Origin: Hydrolagus affinis | Taxonomy: Eukaryota | Direction: 5' to 3' | Assembly (NCBI GenBank): GCA_012026655.1 | Contig: JAAILG010001808.1 | Location: 1 to 61,479, forward strand | Length of the DNA: 61,479 bases | In this document: positions 37,890-49,526 of the stretch, one piece after another | Layout of the letters: each line of letters starts with the position of its first letter | Position numbering within the stretch: position 1 is the stretch's first letter | The notes under the pieces: model-generated | Seen by the model: only the letters and a program-made list of their open reading frames with translations | The model's database searches: none | Told to the model about the DNA's origin: nothing | Made by a program: the position numbers and the translations under genes

Positions 37890-40411
37890 ATCTTGATGCA
37901 GTCGATGGCAATGGTAAAGAGAGCTTGCATTGTGATCTTAGGTGATCTCACTGCACAGCCCCATCATCAGAATGAGCAATCCTTCCAAAGAGCCCTCGGC
38001 AAGTCACATTATCTGAAAACATTTTTATGATTAAGGACATAAACGTGCAATTTACTTGGTGTTAGACTAATTTTGTGTAGAAAACTATCCTGGGAGAAGG
38101 AGTGGAGTCTTAACTGACTGAAATTACTTTGGTTAATAAAACAGCATATTTGCAAGTACTTTAAAAGGATTTATGGTCAATGTTAAATTCCTCCTATAAC
38201 TACTGGAAGGATTTAAATGTCCCATGATCAAATAGATCTACAAATCTGTGTTATCTCTGGGTTGTGCCAGGTGAGAAAAACTTCCTCTGGCAACAGCTGA
38301 GTCTGACCCACCTTCCACACTGTGGCCTTGGCTTGGAAAGCAAAGTGACTTTGCTTTATTTAGCTTCGTTTAAACATTGGCGTCCAGATGCAGCTCAGCG
38401 ACTCAATCCAGCCCTGCTGTCTAAAATTGCTAATTTAACTGCCCGCGTCTCCCAGTGTTTTGTACATTTCTTCTTTCTAACTCTATGCTTCCATAGGAAG
38501 TTAAATTGACCCCATTAATATAAACGCCTTTTCTTGTATTCACTTGTGGAATAATTCGACAGAGCCCGTGGTTGCTGTGGAATTTCACTTACCTCTGCAT
38601 TTAAGCCCGAAACGTTTTCACTCGCATTTACTTTGCAGTGTATCTCATTGTTTGCTCTCGTCGATACGTATGTGCTCTGTGCAGGGTCTTAGGTATTTGC
38701 AAAGATGAGGTTTACCAGTAAACAGGCTGTGGATGTTTATTCATGGTAAATAAACTGAAAAAAGCCTGAGTGTAGTTCTGTAGCTGGGGAGCATTGTGGC
38801 GACAACATATTCTGGAAGAAAATGATCCTGTAGCGCCATTGTTTGTATTTGCTGGCAAGGTTTCCAATGTATTCCACTACCTGGATGCAGAATTAACAAG
38901 GGAACTGTCAGGTGAAAAAGGGTCACCTAGTGTCCATTCTTAGTGCAAAGTACACAGCTTTGCCAATGGGGATAACTAATACAGTTTGAATTGGTTTCTC
39001 ACATTTTAACTGGATTAGATGAGAATTCAGGAACTCAGTGGTAAAGCTGTGCCTGAGGAGAAGTGCAGAATAAAAAGACTGAATTCCCACCAGCCGTTCC
39101 TTAGTATGCGCCCGTGGCAGGTATTGCAGCGAATGGATGCAGAACACACACAACTGGGAGCAAGAGGCTATACACTTCAATTGTTAATAGTCAAAAGAGA
39201 TGCCTAGGAAGAAGAGAGCACCAGGGGTCATCAGCTGTTTCCTGAGCTAAGTGTTCTTTTTTTATGATGGTCAGAACTGGAGCCTTTCACACACATGCGC
39301 ATACACGCACCCACAAGCACACGCTAAAATAAAAACTGGTGCTTTATTTTGCAGTTCATGGCATTCATGTGTGCTTGAACATTAGACACTGTGCACATGT
39401 GAATCATTTGGGTATATATTTAAAAGCGATGGTGTGAAGGAAAGGCCACCAAAGTAAAATGTTTTGATGGCAGCACGCACCTGCAGCTTTTTATACCACA
39501 ATAAGAAGCAATGAGATAAACATTATTTCCTACATTTCATTCTTAATGGCCCGAACTCTCAGATATAATTAAAAGGCTTGAAATTTACCTTGAAATTGTT
39601 TGTCAACTTAAGAACAGTTAGACTCCATTCGATTGCATTGTTAAGGAAGTTTCTTTGGCTTGTGCAAGCTGAACCCATGTCCCTCCATTATGCAGCACCT
39701 ATCCATCACCTATTGCTTTTGTCAGTCCTGCAAATGTAACAATTATAGCAATCCGTAAATGAGGGTTTCTAATCCTATTAATCATTCAACAACCTGGGTA
39801 TGATAGCAAGGGCCAGATCGAAAAGCAGCCAAGAGACCATTCAGGAGTCTTCTGCACTGCTGTGAAACTGGGTTTAGCCGAGACACAATAGGTGTGTAAT
39901 TTAAGGTTTTGTTGAGCTGAAATCCAATCACATACTTGACTGGTAGATCACAGAAAAACACAAGTGAAAAGAAAGGGATAATTCAACCTCACTCAAATAC
40001 TCAGAACAAGCCACGGTTTGACTGCCTGCTCAGATCAACCCTTATATTATATTGATTGTTGCCATTTAGCAACTATAACTACATTATACTGGAAGCCAGT
40101 TTTTTTTGTCCCCTTTGTTAAACAAGTTACAGTACATTCATTTTTTTCCCCAGATGTTTGGTTAAAAATCTTTTGCCAGTTTAATAATGTCTTCGTTTTT
40201 TTATGAACGATTACAGCGCTCAAAGTGGAAAATCAAGATTGTCAAACCATGCCATTCATTCCCATTTCCAATGAATAGGCTTGTCAGTTGTTGATGTTTA
40301 TTATGAGAATTTATTAATATAGCTGCTGAATACTTTTTTCAACAAAAAATAGTGATGGGGGATAAGTCTGTATTCTCTGACCTATAGGCTTTCCATAGGT
40401 TTCTTTATGTT

Positions 40412-40775
40412 GGGACTTTGAGCTCACAGTCTAGGGTAATACTTCAGTGCAGTGCTGGAGAAGCTCCTCACTATCGCTGGTGAGTTTCTTCAGATGAGAC
40501 GTTAAACCGAGGTCCTGTTTGCCTGTTCAGGTGGAATGCTAAAAAAAAAAGTCACTATTCAAAATGGGGAGTGAGTTTGTCCTGGTGTCCTGATCAACAA
40601 TCCCCCAGATAAAGTTGGTCATTCACTTTGTGGCTGTTTGTTGCACATTGCAAATTGGCTGTCACGTTCACCTTCAAAATACACAGTCACTACACTTCAC
40701 AGTAAATTTTGTGAAACACTTTGAGATGTTTTAAGGATGTATAAGGTACTAAATCAAGTGCAAGGATTCCAATAA
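40412..40775 (+). mobile_element. DeuSINE (AmnSINE1/SacSINE1-related) with Deu domain
   Basis: cagtgcagtgctg...cagatgagacgttaaaccgaggtcctgtttgcctgttcaggtgga...ggtgtcctg...caaattggctg...tgcaaggatt matches the recalled Deu-domain consensus. Confidence 0.8.
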
Positions 40776-41896
40776 TGATATTGCTGGATTTATGCCTTTT
40801 GACAATTTGTTTGTTTTGGCCTAACTTATAGTGGAACTTGACTATTATTTTAGATTTTTGGTTAATTTCCCTAATGCCCTACCAGTCTTACATGTTGGAT
40901 ATTGAATTAAACTTGCTTCCCCGTCTTCTTTTTTTCTACTCTGTAACTGTTGACGTTGATGGGAGCCAAGGAATGCCTTCGCTGATGGGAGCCAGGGAAT
41001 ATGGCTTCCATCTTGTCAACATTCAGCTGTTGAAAGTTGAGACCAGTTCATGAACCACAAGAACAGCTTCCTTTTATGATACATGCAATACTCCATTCAC
41101 CATACTTATTAACAGCTTTTTATATATAAATATATATCAATATATATTAACAGAATAAAACAGAATAAGACTATTGAGTAGTAAAGACAGAAGACACTAT
41201 TGTGCAATAATGTCTTTATGTTCTTAGCAGTAATGGTAATAAGGATTCTTGCAGCACAGAGAAAAAGATAGAAATGGCATAGAAAGACTCAACTGATTAA
41301 AACCCTTGGCTGTGCTTTATGCTTTAATCAGCTCTCAGTCCACTATTGAAGCACAAAACATGCTGAAACACTCTTTATTATCATAATGAAACCACATCCT
41401 ATTTTCACACTATTCCTACTTTTCATCCAGTTCCAATATTCACTGTCACTTCGAGTATTTGTGATTTAGCATATCATTAGCCTCATTCTATTCAAATTCA
41501 ATATAGTGTGGTCTCAGTTACTTAATAATAATCTTATACTCTGTGGTGTTGCTAGGTGGGTATTCATTGAAATTCAGAGGGTTGGGGATATTAGAAACTA
41601 CAGAATGTAAACTAGATTATTTATATAAAGGACATCTCACAACTGAGAGACTAATAACATATGACTACACAGGGCTGGGAAAATCCACTCACTGTCTAGC
41701 CAGAGGCTGAGTCATTTTCCGGGTTAGGTGAGCTCGAAAATAAAGCAACTCACCTGCGTGTAAGTGGGATCAGAATGGTAATCCTTCCAACTTCAGATCT
41801 TCATTTTATTCCCTATGCTTTCTTGCTGCACCTTCAGCCCTCTAACTCTCACCTTTCCCACTGCCTGGTTCCTCTTCAACAACGAAGATATATGTG

Positions 41897-42202
41897 GTGT
41901 CCTATAGCTCAGTGGTTAGAGCATTCCCCTTGTAAGCAAGAGTGGGTTCAATTCCAGGCAGGACGAAACCTTGGGCAAGTTTCCTTACTCTACACGCCTG
42001 ATAATAATCCCTAAAAAAAATTTTGGTTATTTCAAAATATTTGCTATACTGCTGTATGCTATTGGCTGCCGCGTTTCGTCCACAAAATATACAACAACAA
42101 CATCAAATTACAGTCAATTTACTTAAAGTATATTCGGTGAAGCGCTATCAGACATCTAGAAGATGTGAAAAGCGCTATATCAAATGCAAGAATTATTATT
42201 AT
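41897..42202 (+). mobile_element. Full-length tRNA-derived SINE with internal deletion and a small (CAA)n insert
   Basis: A box tagctcagtgg, B box ggttcaattcc, same body and tail as the other copies. Confidence 0.9.
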
Positions 42203-42569
42203 CATATATTTGATTTAGTTTTGAAATATTTTCAATGGTTAAATTACAGTCAAAGGAATCATGTGTGCTTCACAATAGGATGAACACTGATAGATTATTA
42301 TGTACCTCACATATAATGAACATTGCATATTCATATCCATATAAAATTTAAATGAATGTTTTCAAACACCAAAGATGTAAAACCTCCGAGAGCCCATTTA
42401 TGAGTTCATTAGCGGTTTGGATGAAATCTCAGCTCATAATTGATTTCGAGATTGGATAAAATACTGTTTGAGGTAGGAATCCCCCAGTGATGTGATGGGT
42501 GAATACACTGCCACCAGCACGGCAGCACTAAAATATCCAGGTTAGGTTGTGGGTTTTATCTCATGTCAA

Positions 42570-42835
42570 GGCAGCAGCAGGGACTGTACAATTGGTCTTT
42601 GTGTCCTGTGATGGGGGCTCTATAAATGTAATTTTGTTGTTGTTTGTTGTGTAAGGGACGGGAACAAATCATCAAGTTCCCCTTTCCCCATTACCTTTCA
42701 TTTTCATTAAAAAAAAACACGTTGATGCTGTGATGGGTGGATGGGAAGATGGGTATTCTGGAAGGATCTAATGTGGGGTGGGAACAGATCAGGCTTGGCT
42801 GTGATAGTTGCTTTCAAGGCTCACACAAGAGGATG
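42570..42835 (+). mobile_element. AmnSINE2-like remnant interrupted by an L2 (TTG)n tail (42610-42650)
   Basis: ggcagcagcaggg..tacaattggtc; gatcaggcttggctgtgat; aggctcacac. Confidence 0.5.
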
Positions 42836-42894
42836 CCTGATGCAAATGGCACATGCAAAATTGGCAAACAATTTGGAGGTTCAGACAAATAATC

Positions 42895-43135
42895 ATGACT
42901 GGGGATTGATGTCTAGGACCCGGGAGAAGTTCCCTTCTCTTTACAAATGGTGCCATAGGATCTTTAATGTCAACCAGACAAGGCAGAGTGGGAAGTTAAC
43001 ATCCCATTAAATAATACACCTCAGATAATGCAGCGCTTCCCCACTACTACACTGAAGTGTTGGTCTAGACGGTGCTTGAACGCATAGCTTTTTTTATTCA
43101 TAGGAGAGAATGTCACCAAGTATAGCTTGACTAAT
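42895..43135 (-). mobile_element. DeuSINE remnant
   Basis: aggacccgggagaagttccc...gtgccataggatctttaatgtcaacc...tgcagcgcttccc..ctacactgaagtgt is the reverse of the Deu domain. Confidence 0.7.
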
Positions 43136-43252
43136 ACCCACAGATGAGGAAAAATGGCAGAATATTGTTTTTGAGACAATTGATCAATTGACACTCTTCT
43201 AAAATATCATGGTTTCAGAGACCTAAAAATTTAACTAGTCTTAGTTTAAGCG

Positions 43253-43379
43253 CAGAGTTGTGGAAATTCTTAAATTTGAGTTACTAATTTAAGTCTAAAT
43301 TTGGAAGCTGGTTCTTTTCAAGAATGGTGGACAAACAGCTTCCAAACTAAGATTGAATTTAAGAATTTCCACGAGTCTG
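43253..43379. repeat. Imperfect palindrome / fold-back element
   Basis: Perfect 17-bp pair 43260-43276/43356-43372 and perfect 11-bp pair 43300-43310/43336-43346. Confidence 0.85.
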
Positions 43380-44264
43380 GGTGCTTTTAAATTTTAAGAA
43401 ATATTTCTCAAACTCAAATAAAAAATAGAAAATATTGATTCTCTTTTGGAGCTGCTTTTCATGTAAAATTTGCAGGAAAACCTGACAGGCAATGAAGGCT
43501 ATCATCACTGTCAGTGTGCAAAGCTTTCTTTCCTTTCCTACATTTGGGATGCTCTATTTCCCCCATGGCTGAGATAATTAAAAATACAGAGACTGTTTTA
43601 AATATACATGACAGATGCTTATTTAAATCACAATATACTGCAGCCAATAACATTCTCTGGCACGAGTAAACTGACCATAGAGCTTACCACAATGCAATCT
43701 GGTACATGATGTGATTATTTATAATATCAGATTGGGTTACAGCATTTGATCGTAGAGTTTCATGACTTTTAGGGATTCTTTCAGTTCTTGATTTTGGCCT
43801 AACAACCATGCTGGTGTTGATTGTAAATCCAAATTGTACTTGTTTCAGGAAGTAACTAGTTATTTCCTTACATTCCTTAGGGTTTAGGCTTCTTTACAAC
43901 TGGACACTTAGCAAATAAACCAAACGACAATATGTACAACCAGCCCAAATAATAATGACTTTGTTAATTGAGAGTGTATGGCCATTACTTTGGCCATGAC
44001 CACAATGTAAATAAATGTTCTGCAATAGCTCAGTCTTGCTATGTGCTTTTCAATGGTGAATCCACATAACTGTAGCGTACTCCAGGGACACCTGGAAACA
44101 GGCTCACAGAAAGCATTAAAGCAATCATGGGCTTCCCATTTTTACCAGAAACTGACCAACCCTATCTCCTGAATTAATTGTTTCACACTGAAGAAAAATA
44201 TGTAATGCACATATATAGAGATGCACCCTGCTGTGCTTGTGAAAGAGTTGCATTATGAAGTTTA

Positions 44265-44597
44265 AGTGGCTCAGTGGTTAGAGCACTTGTGTTACAAGCT
44301 GGGGAGACCAAGCTGGGGAGACCTGTGTTCGAATCTAGGCAGGTCAGGGCGAAACCTTGGGCAAGTTTCCTTACTCCACACGCCTGATAAGAATCCCTCC
44401 AAAAAAACCACAATAATAAAATTGATCATTTCAATCCACGACTGTATGTGGGACACTGCTGTGCGCAATTGGCTGCCGCGATTCACCCACAAATATATAC
44501 AGTCAATTCACTTTACAGTATATTCTGTGAAGCGCTTTGGGACGTTGATAAGATGTGGAAAGCGCTATATCAAATGCAAGGATTATTATTATTATTA
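44265..44597 (+). mobile_element. Full-length tRNA-derived SINE, subfamily with duplicated caagctggggagac
   Basis: A box tggctcagtgg, B box gttcgaatc, (ATT)n tail. Confidence 0.93.
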
Positions 44598-44639
44598 CTA
44601 AGATGGGATCCTTGGAGAACTCTCTGATAGTCTAGTAGT

Positions 44640-44960
44640 GAATAAAAACATCATTGGCAGCTGTTAGCCATATAGTAAAGAGGCAACAGTCCTGAATTCT
44701 GGTTGATGCTTCATTAGCTAATTGATGTAGGATACCACAATTAGCTTCAGTGTGTTGGATTAAACAAGTATGAAGAAGGCAAAGTTCCCTCCTATGATCA
44801 CTTTTCAGTGACCCACGCTCTAGGTGCACATTACAGACAAGATTTGCCTGTGTTGCCCTCAAGAAGCTTGGTCATACTCACTGTCAAGGTTCACATGTGA
44901 ACAGAGGGTAACTGGTGTCCACGGAATTAACATTTTCAAGGGAGAGGGTAATAGGAAAAG
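44640..44960 (+). mobile_element. AmnSINE2-like remnant
   Basis: cacaattagcttcagtg, tgatcacttttcagtgaccc and actcactgtcaaggttcacatgtgaa. Confidence 0.55.
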
Positions 44961-45084
44961 ACTGTTGAGGAACAAATTGGCAAGAGGAAAATAAAAGTCT
45001 CGTAAAACAAAAGACTAAGTCAGTCAAGCAAAGGTACAGTTGTCAGGTTGCTTCACTATTGGATGAATTGATTGGCAGTCATGC

Positions 45085-45257
45085 TTCAGTGCTTAGCAGT
45101 CCAGTTACCCAGCCAAGGTCAGTGCATTTAATTGACAGGCACCAAGCCTAGGACTTGCTGGGTTGGTATGGATTAATTTTACATTCGACACTGGTTTTGC
45201 TAACTGACCCATTGCTTTTGCTAACTGAGCCACTGGTTTTACTAAATGAGCCACTGG
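45085..45257 (-). mobile_element. AmnSINE2-like head ending in a 21-bp tandem repeat (about 3.3 copies, 45189-45257)
   Basis: cactggttttgctaactgacc / cattgcttttgctaactgagc / cactggttttactaaatgagc / cactgg. Confidence 0.55.
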
Positions 45258-46179
45258 GAGGTGTTTACATATTTTGTATAATTTATTTCACATGGTGAAC
45301 ATTCTGTGATGGTTTGCCATCGTTATGGCAGGTGTAGTCACTCTGCGAGTGAAACCACTCAACGTATCAGCAGGAATAACCTTTGTCTTAAGTCCCTCAT
45401 CACCGACAAAGCTTCAAGCCAAGGAGAAGCAGTTCGTAAAGACTGAACAAGTCAGAGCACAAGTCAAGTCTTGATCCTCGTCTGCTTTAAACCAGTGAGT
45501 TACAAAACATTGTCTGACCCAAGATCACAAGCAAACCCAGGAAGGGGCACACAGAGGGGAAGTTGTGGTAGAGATTTGCCATTGGCTAGGATCTAAGACT
45601 AAAGGCCAGAATTCTTGCAGGACACCCTTAATCTTACACAGAGCAGAATTCCCTGTGAAAAAAAATGGATTTTAATGTCAGATCCATCCTGGAAAGTGGA
45701 TTGCCGTTTGCATAAGAAAAAAAAGGTGAACATCCAGTTCACTTCTGCAATTGCCTGCTGTTTTTGTATTTCGGTTGATGAGTTAATGTATTTCCTACCA
45801 CACCTATATTCCCACATAGTAATTCATTGGATTTTACAAGTACTGAATTGTACCCAAAGCATCAAAAAATAGATTGAAACCCATGATTGCAGCATTGACT
45901 CATTAGTTTGTCATTTTCTTAAAATAATCTTGTTGTGAGGGTTGCGGTTTTGTAATGAGAGATCCATATATAAATTTGGCTGCTATAGTCAATAATTACA
46001 GCCTTTGTAAACCAACCAAAGAGGAATCGTCTCCACAAATTTGATATGAAAACTGTAGTGTAGGCATGGTATTACCTTCTGAAATAGGCTCGGCCACTCC
46101 AGAAAACAACTATCCAGAAGCCAAAATTGGCCCTGACAGTTGTGAGGTGACTGGCTGGGCAGTGACTTAGTATCATAAT

Positions 46180-46400
46180 GAAGCACTTGTCAATCAGTCT
46201 ACTCTGCCTTGCCTTTTTCACCCTTTGAAGTTCGTGGAAAATAATTTGTATATAATGCCATGTTGATGGTCATCCACTGGGGAAATGAACAGGATCTGCA
46301 GCAACAACAGGAAAAAGTAAACCTTAACCCATTCAATGGCACGGAACTGCATGTAGACGACGTCGACTTCTATATATACCTTAGCAAAGCAATCTCAGTA
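46180..46400 (+). mobile_element. Degenerate non-LTR reverse transcriptase fragment
   Basis: Ordered remnants LVNQSTLPCLF (motif B-like), CHVDG (YADD-like), NEQDLQ and NGTELHVDDVDFYIYLSKAIS (NG..LE.V..F.YLG..IS-like). Confidence 0.45.
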
Positions 46401-46502
46401 CCAGTAGCACAAGTAGCCATGAGGCCAATAAGTGGGTTAAACTTCAATACCTGTTCTGGTAATAAGCTGTAGGGCACCTGACATTGAAGAAGACTGATTG
46501 TT

Positions 46503-46610
46503 CTGCACTGCGCTGGTAACTCAGAATTGTAACACAATCTGCATCCAGATGTGGAGCTGAACCTCAGCTTTTACTCAAAGGCAGGTTCCCTACCACAGCC
46601 ACTAAGCCAC
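46503..46610 (-). mobile_element. DeuSINE tRNA-head remnant
   Basis: ctgcactg...gtggagctgaacctcagcttttactcaaaggcagg...ctacca...ctaagcca is the reverse of a head with A and B boxes. Confidence 0.55.
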
Positions 46611-47592
46611 CAGAGACTAAAGAACTGGGTTTCTTTCTTGTGACCTAGTATTTTACTTGGCAGAGCTGAAAGTATATTTTAAAACCAAAATAGCTTCTTG
46701 CTATGAAATACAAATTTATGATCTGCTGTTAACCTGCAGCCTTGCCAGTTAAAGCAAAGGTTCTGGTAAAATCAATTGACTACAGCAAGTGGTTTGAACC
46801 ACATTTTAAGAAGCCAATGTCAGATTTTAACTCTTTGCCCTCACCAGAAAAGATTACTGTCAACTCTACTCTAGGGCAATTCACGTAAGTACATAATAAA
46901 TATATTCACAAGTAAATATATCACACCCATTAAACCCATGCCTAACACATATATGTGTGTACATATTAAATAGATAAAGACAGACATATAATATTTTGTA
47001 TTGTTATGGAGAGCCATAAGTTATTTCAGATATACCATATTACAGATAGAAAGGTCACAAATTGAAGCAAATGTTAATCATCTATATTACTACCTTAACT
47101 TTGGAAATTCCTGACTTGAATCTTTCTATTAAGACATTACTTCAGACCTTTCTTGTAGCCAAGTCCTTATATGCATGAGTTAGTGTCCCATTCATAAACA
47201 CTTTTTCCTAACACATTGTTGACATTTTTATTTGAATCTAAAGCATTTGCAACTGCTTCACACATAAACCTTCCTGGCATTTTGGCCTCAGTGGATGTGC
47301 TCCTGTGACTAGCCCAGAAGTTGATCCAAATGTTCATTCTAACAATTCAGCACTACTTCAACCTGTCATTTTAGCACGATCTCTCAAATCAGAGTTCACA
47401 GCATAATTTCATTCAGTTCCACATACACACATCACAGTTGCTTAATCTGCCAATGTTGTTTAGTGCTTTTTCTTCTTTTCATTTTCTCCTCTATTCTCCT
47501 GAAGGCACTGATTCATTCTGTTTATTGGTTTCACCACCTCCAGTAGTGCTCAACTACCTGGCGTAAGTGAGCCATCTTCACTTGTAAACAAG

Positions 47593-47855
47593 TAAACGCC
47601 CTGCTTGTCAGCCTTCCCAATTCTCACTCTGCAGGTTACAGATAATCCAGAACTCTGCGGCCCATGTCCTCTCCCGCTCCAAGCTTCATCTCCCCCATCC
47701 ATGCCCAACTCCATTGGCTCCCCATCGCCCATTATATCCAATTCAAGATCCTGGTCCTCACTTTAAAAGCCCTCTACAGCCTCGCCCCACCCTACATCTG
47801 CGACCTCCTAACCCTCTACCATCTGCCCAGCCACTCCACTCAGCAGGCTCCAGGC
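47593..47855 (+). mobile_element. L2 LINE ORF2 internal fragment
   Basis: NALLVSLP, LQIIQNSAAHVL, ISPIHAQLHWLPIAHYIQFKILVLTLKALYSLAPPYICDLL (diagnostic LHWLP motif), with frameshifts. Confidence 0.9.
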
Positions 47856-49246
47856 AACGTTGCGGAGGTGAGGGAAGGCAGAGCGCATCATGGCTTGGAA
47901 GTGGAGGAAAAAAGATCGTTGAAGAACTGTTTAAGTAGTTTTGAGCCATTTTGCAGCAATGTGGATTCCTTTGCAAACCCAGAAGGCTGGACATGGGAGG
48001 CAGAGGCCCATCAGCAGCTAAAGTTATAGTCAAACTTAAAGAAAATAGAAAAAGAGGGAAGAGATTTCAAAATCAGCAATGTGCGTTGTTAGGAATAACG
48101 TTAAAAAAAAAGGGAAATAAAGAAAGACGGCAGAACCAGAAGTAAAATATTGACATTGTTCATTTAAAATTGCTTTTGCCTGTCCCACTGTACAGGGGCG
48201 AGATGATAGTAATACTGCTACCCCTGACATTTGTGGAGCATTATTACTGTAATAATAGGGTTATTTCAGCATCACAGTCTGTGTGATGAGGCTAGGCCGA
48301 GCCTGGAATTTCCCTGTGCCTTCTGGCTCTCTGAGGATTAATGTAATTATTGTGAACCTGTGCGCGCTCCTGTAGCGATCACTGTCTCACCAGCACTTTC
48401 TCCGCACTCCTGTTCTTTAGCCAGTGGCTCTGGGAAGGCTGGCGTGTGTGTATTTTGATTGGACTTGGGAATCACTAAAGCAGAAAAGCTAAATGATTCT
48501 ATTATCTTTTGATAAAAATGTGATTTCCCGTTGGTTACGAACCTCAAAAATGTAAACAATATCGAGTGGTAAATCGCTAAAATACAATATTCAAAGGCTC
48601 CATTTGTCTTTTTTCACTTTCTCAAAAAAACAACTCCTTTGCTTTAGAGGATTTTGTAGGTGCGGGCCAGAGGAGAGGAAGATGTTTGACACCTCAGACT
48701 TATAGTGGAGAACATTAAAAGGCTCTTAGTTCTCATAACAGTCCCCATTATACTTAATACTAAAAAATCAAGAAAATATAAAATGTGTGGCGTAAAAAGA
48801 ATGTCACCCCCTGCCATGACACTGACTATAACTCATAACTTCATCACCCATGAGTTATAGAGCCAGGCTCACTTGCAGAGAAATAAATCCTATTTCATGG
48901 CCGCTTGTTGATATCTTCCTCACCTCCCTGGAGAGAAATAGAAGAACACTGATGTTTATACTCATGTTTATTTTTAAAGGGTTTTATGTGAAGATGCTGA
49001 AATATTTATCATTGCACATGAAATATGGTTTGATAATCAAAGTGAGCTTCCTGACACATTTGCATTGCTACTTGCTGAGGAAGAATAAAGAGACATTGTA
49101 CAGCATGCTCCACACTGACAAGGCCTGCAATTAACTGTAAACAAAGTTTTGATAGCATTTCTATCAATAGTCCAGCTATGCAATTGCTTTTTTTTGACGT
49201 CACAAACACAAGACAAATACAAATGATGATCACAGATTTTAAATTT

Positions 49247-49526
49247 GGAGTCCTGTAGCTCAATGGTTAGAGCACTCGCTTTGCAAGCAACAGACCTGGG
49301 TTCAATTCCAGGCAGGGGGAAACCTTGGGCAAGTTTCCTTACTCCACACGCCTAATAATAATCCCTCAACAAAAAGCAATAATAAATTGCGATTGTTTGT
49401 GGGACACTGCTGTGCGTAATTGGCTGTCGCGTTTCGTCCACAAATATACAGTGTATTCTGTGAAGCGCTTTGAGACGTCTCGAAGATGTGAAAAGCGCTA
49501 TATCAAATGCAAGGATTATTATTATT
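49247..49526 (+). mobile_element. Full-length tRNA-derived SINE (two small internal deletions)
   Basis: tRNA-like head ggagtcctgtagctcaatggttagagc...ttgcaag...ggttcaattccaggcagg; (ATT)n tail. Confidence 0.93.

Noticed and set aside
49247-49320. tRNA gene (Ala/Thr-like)
   Set aside because: Runs directly into the SINE body, as in four other copies; it is a SINE head
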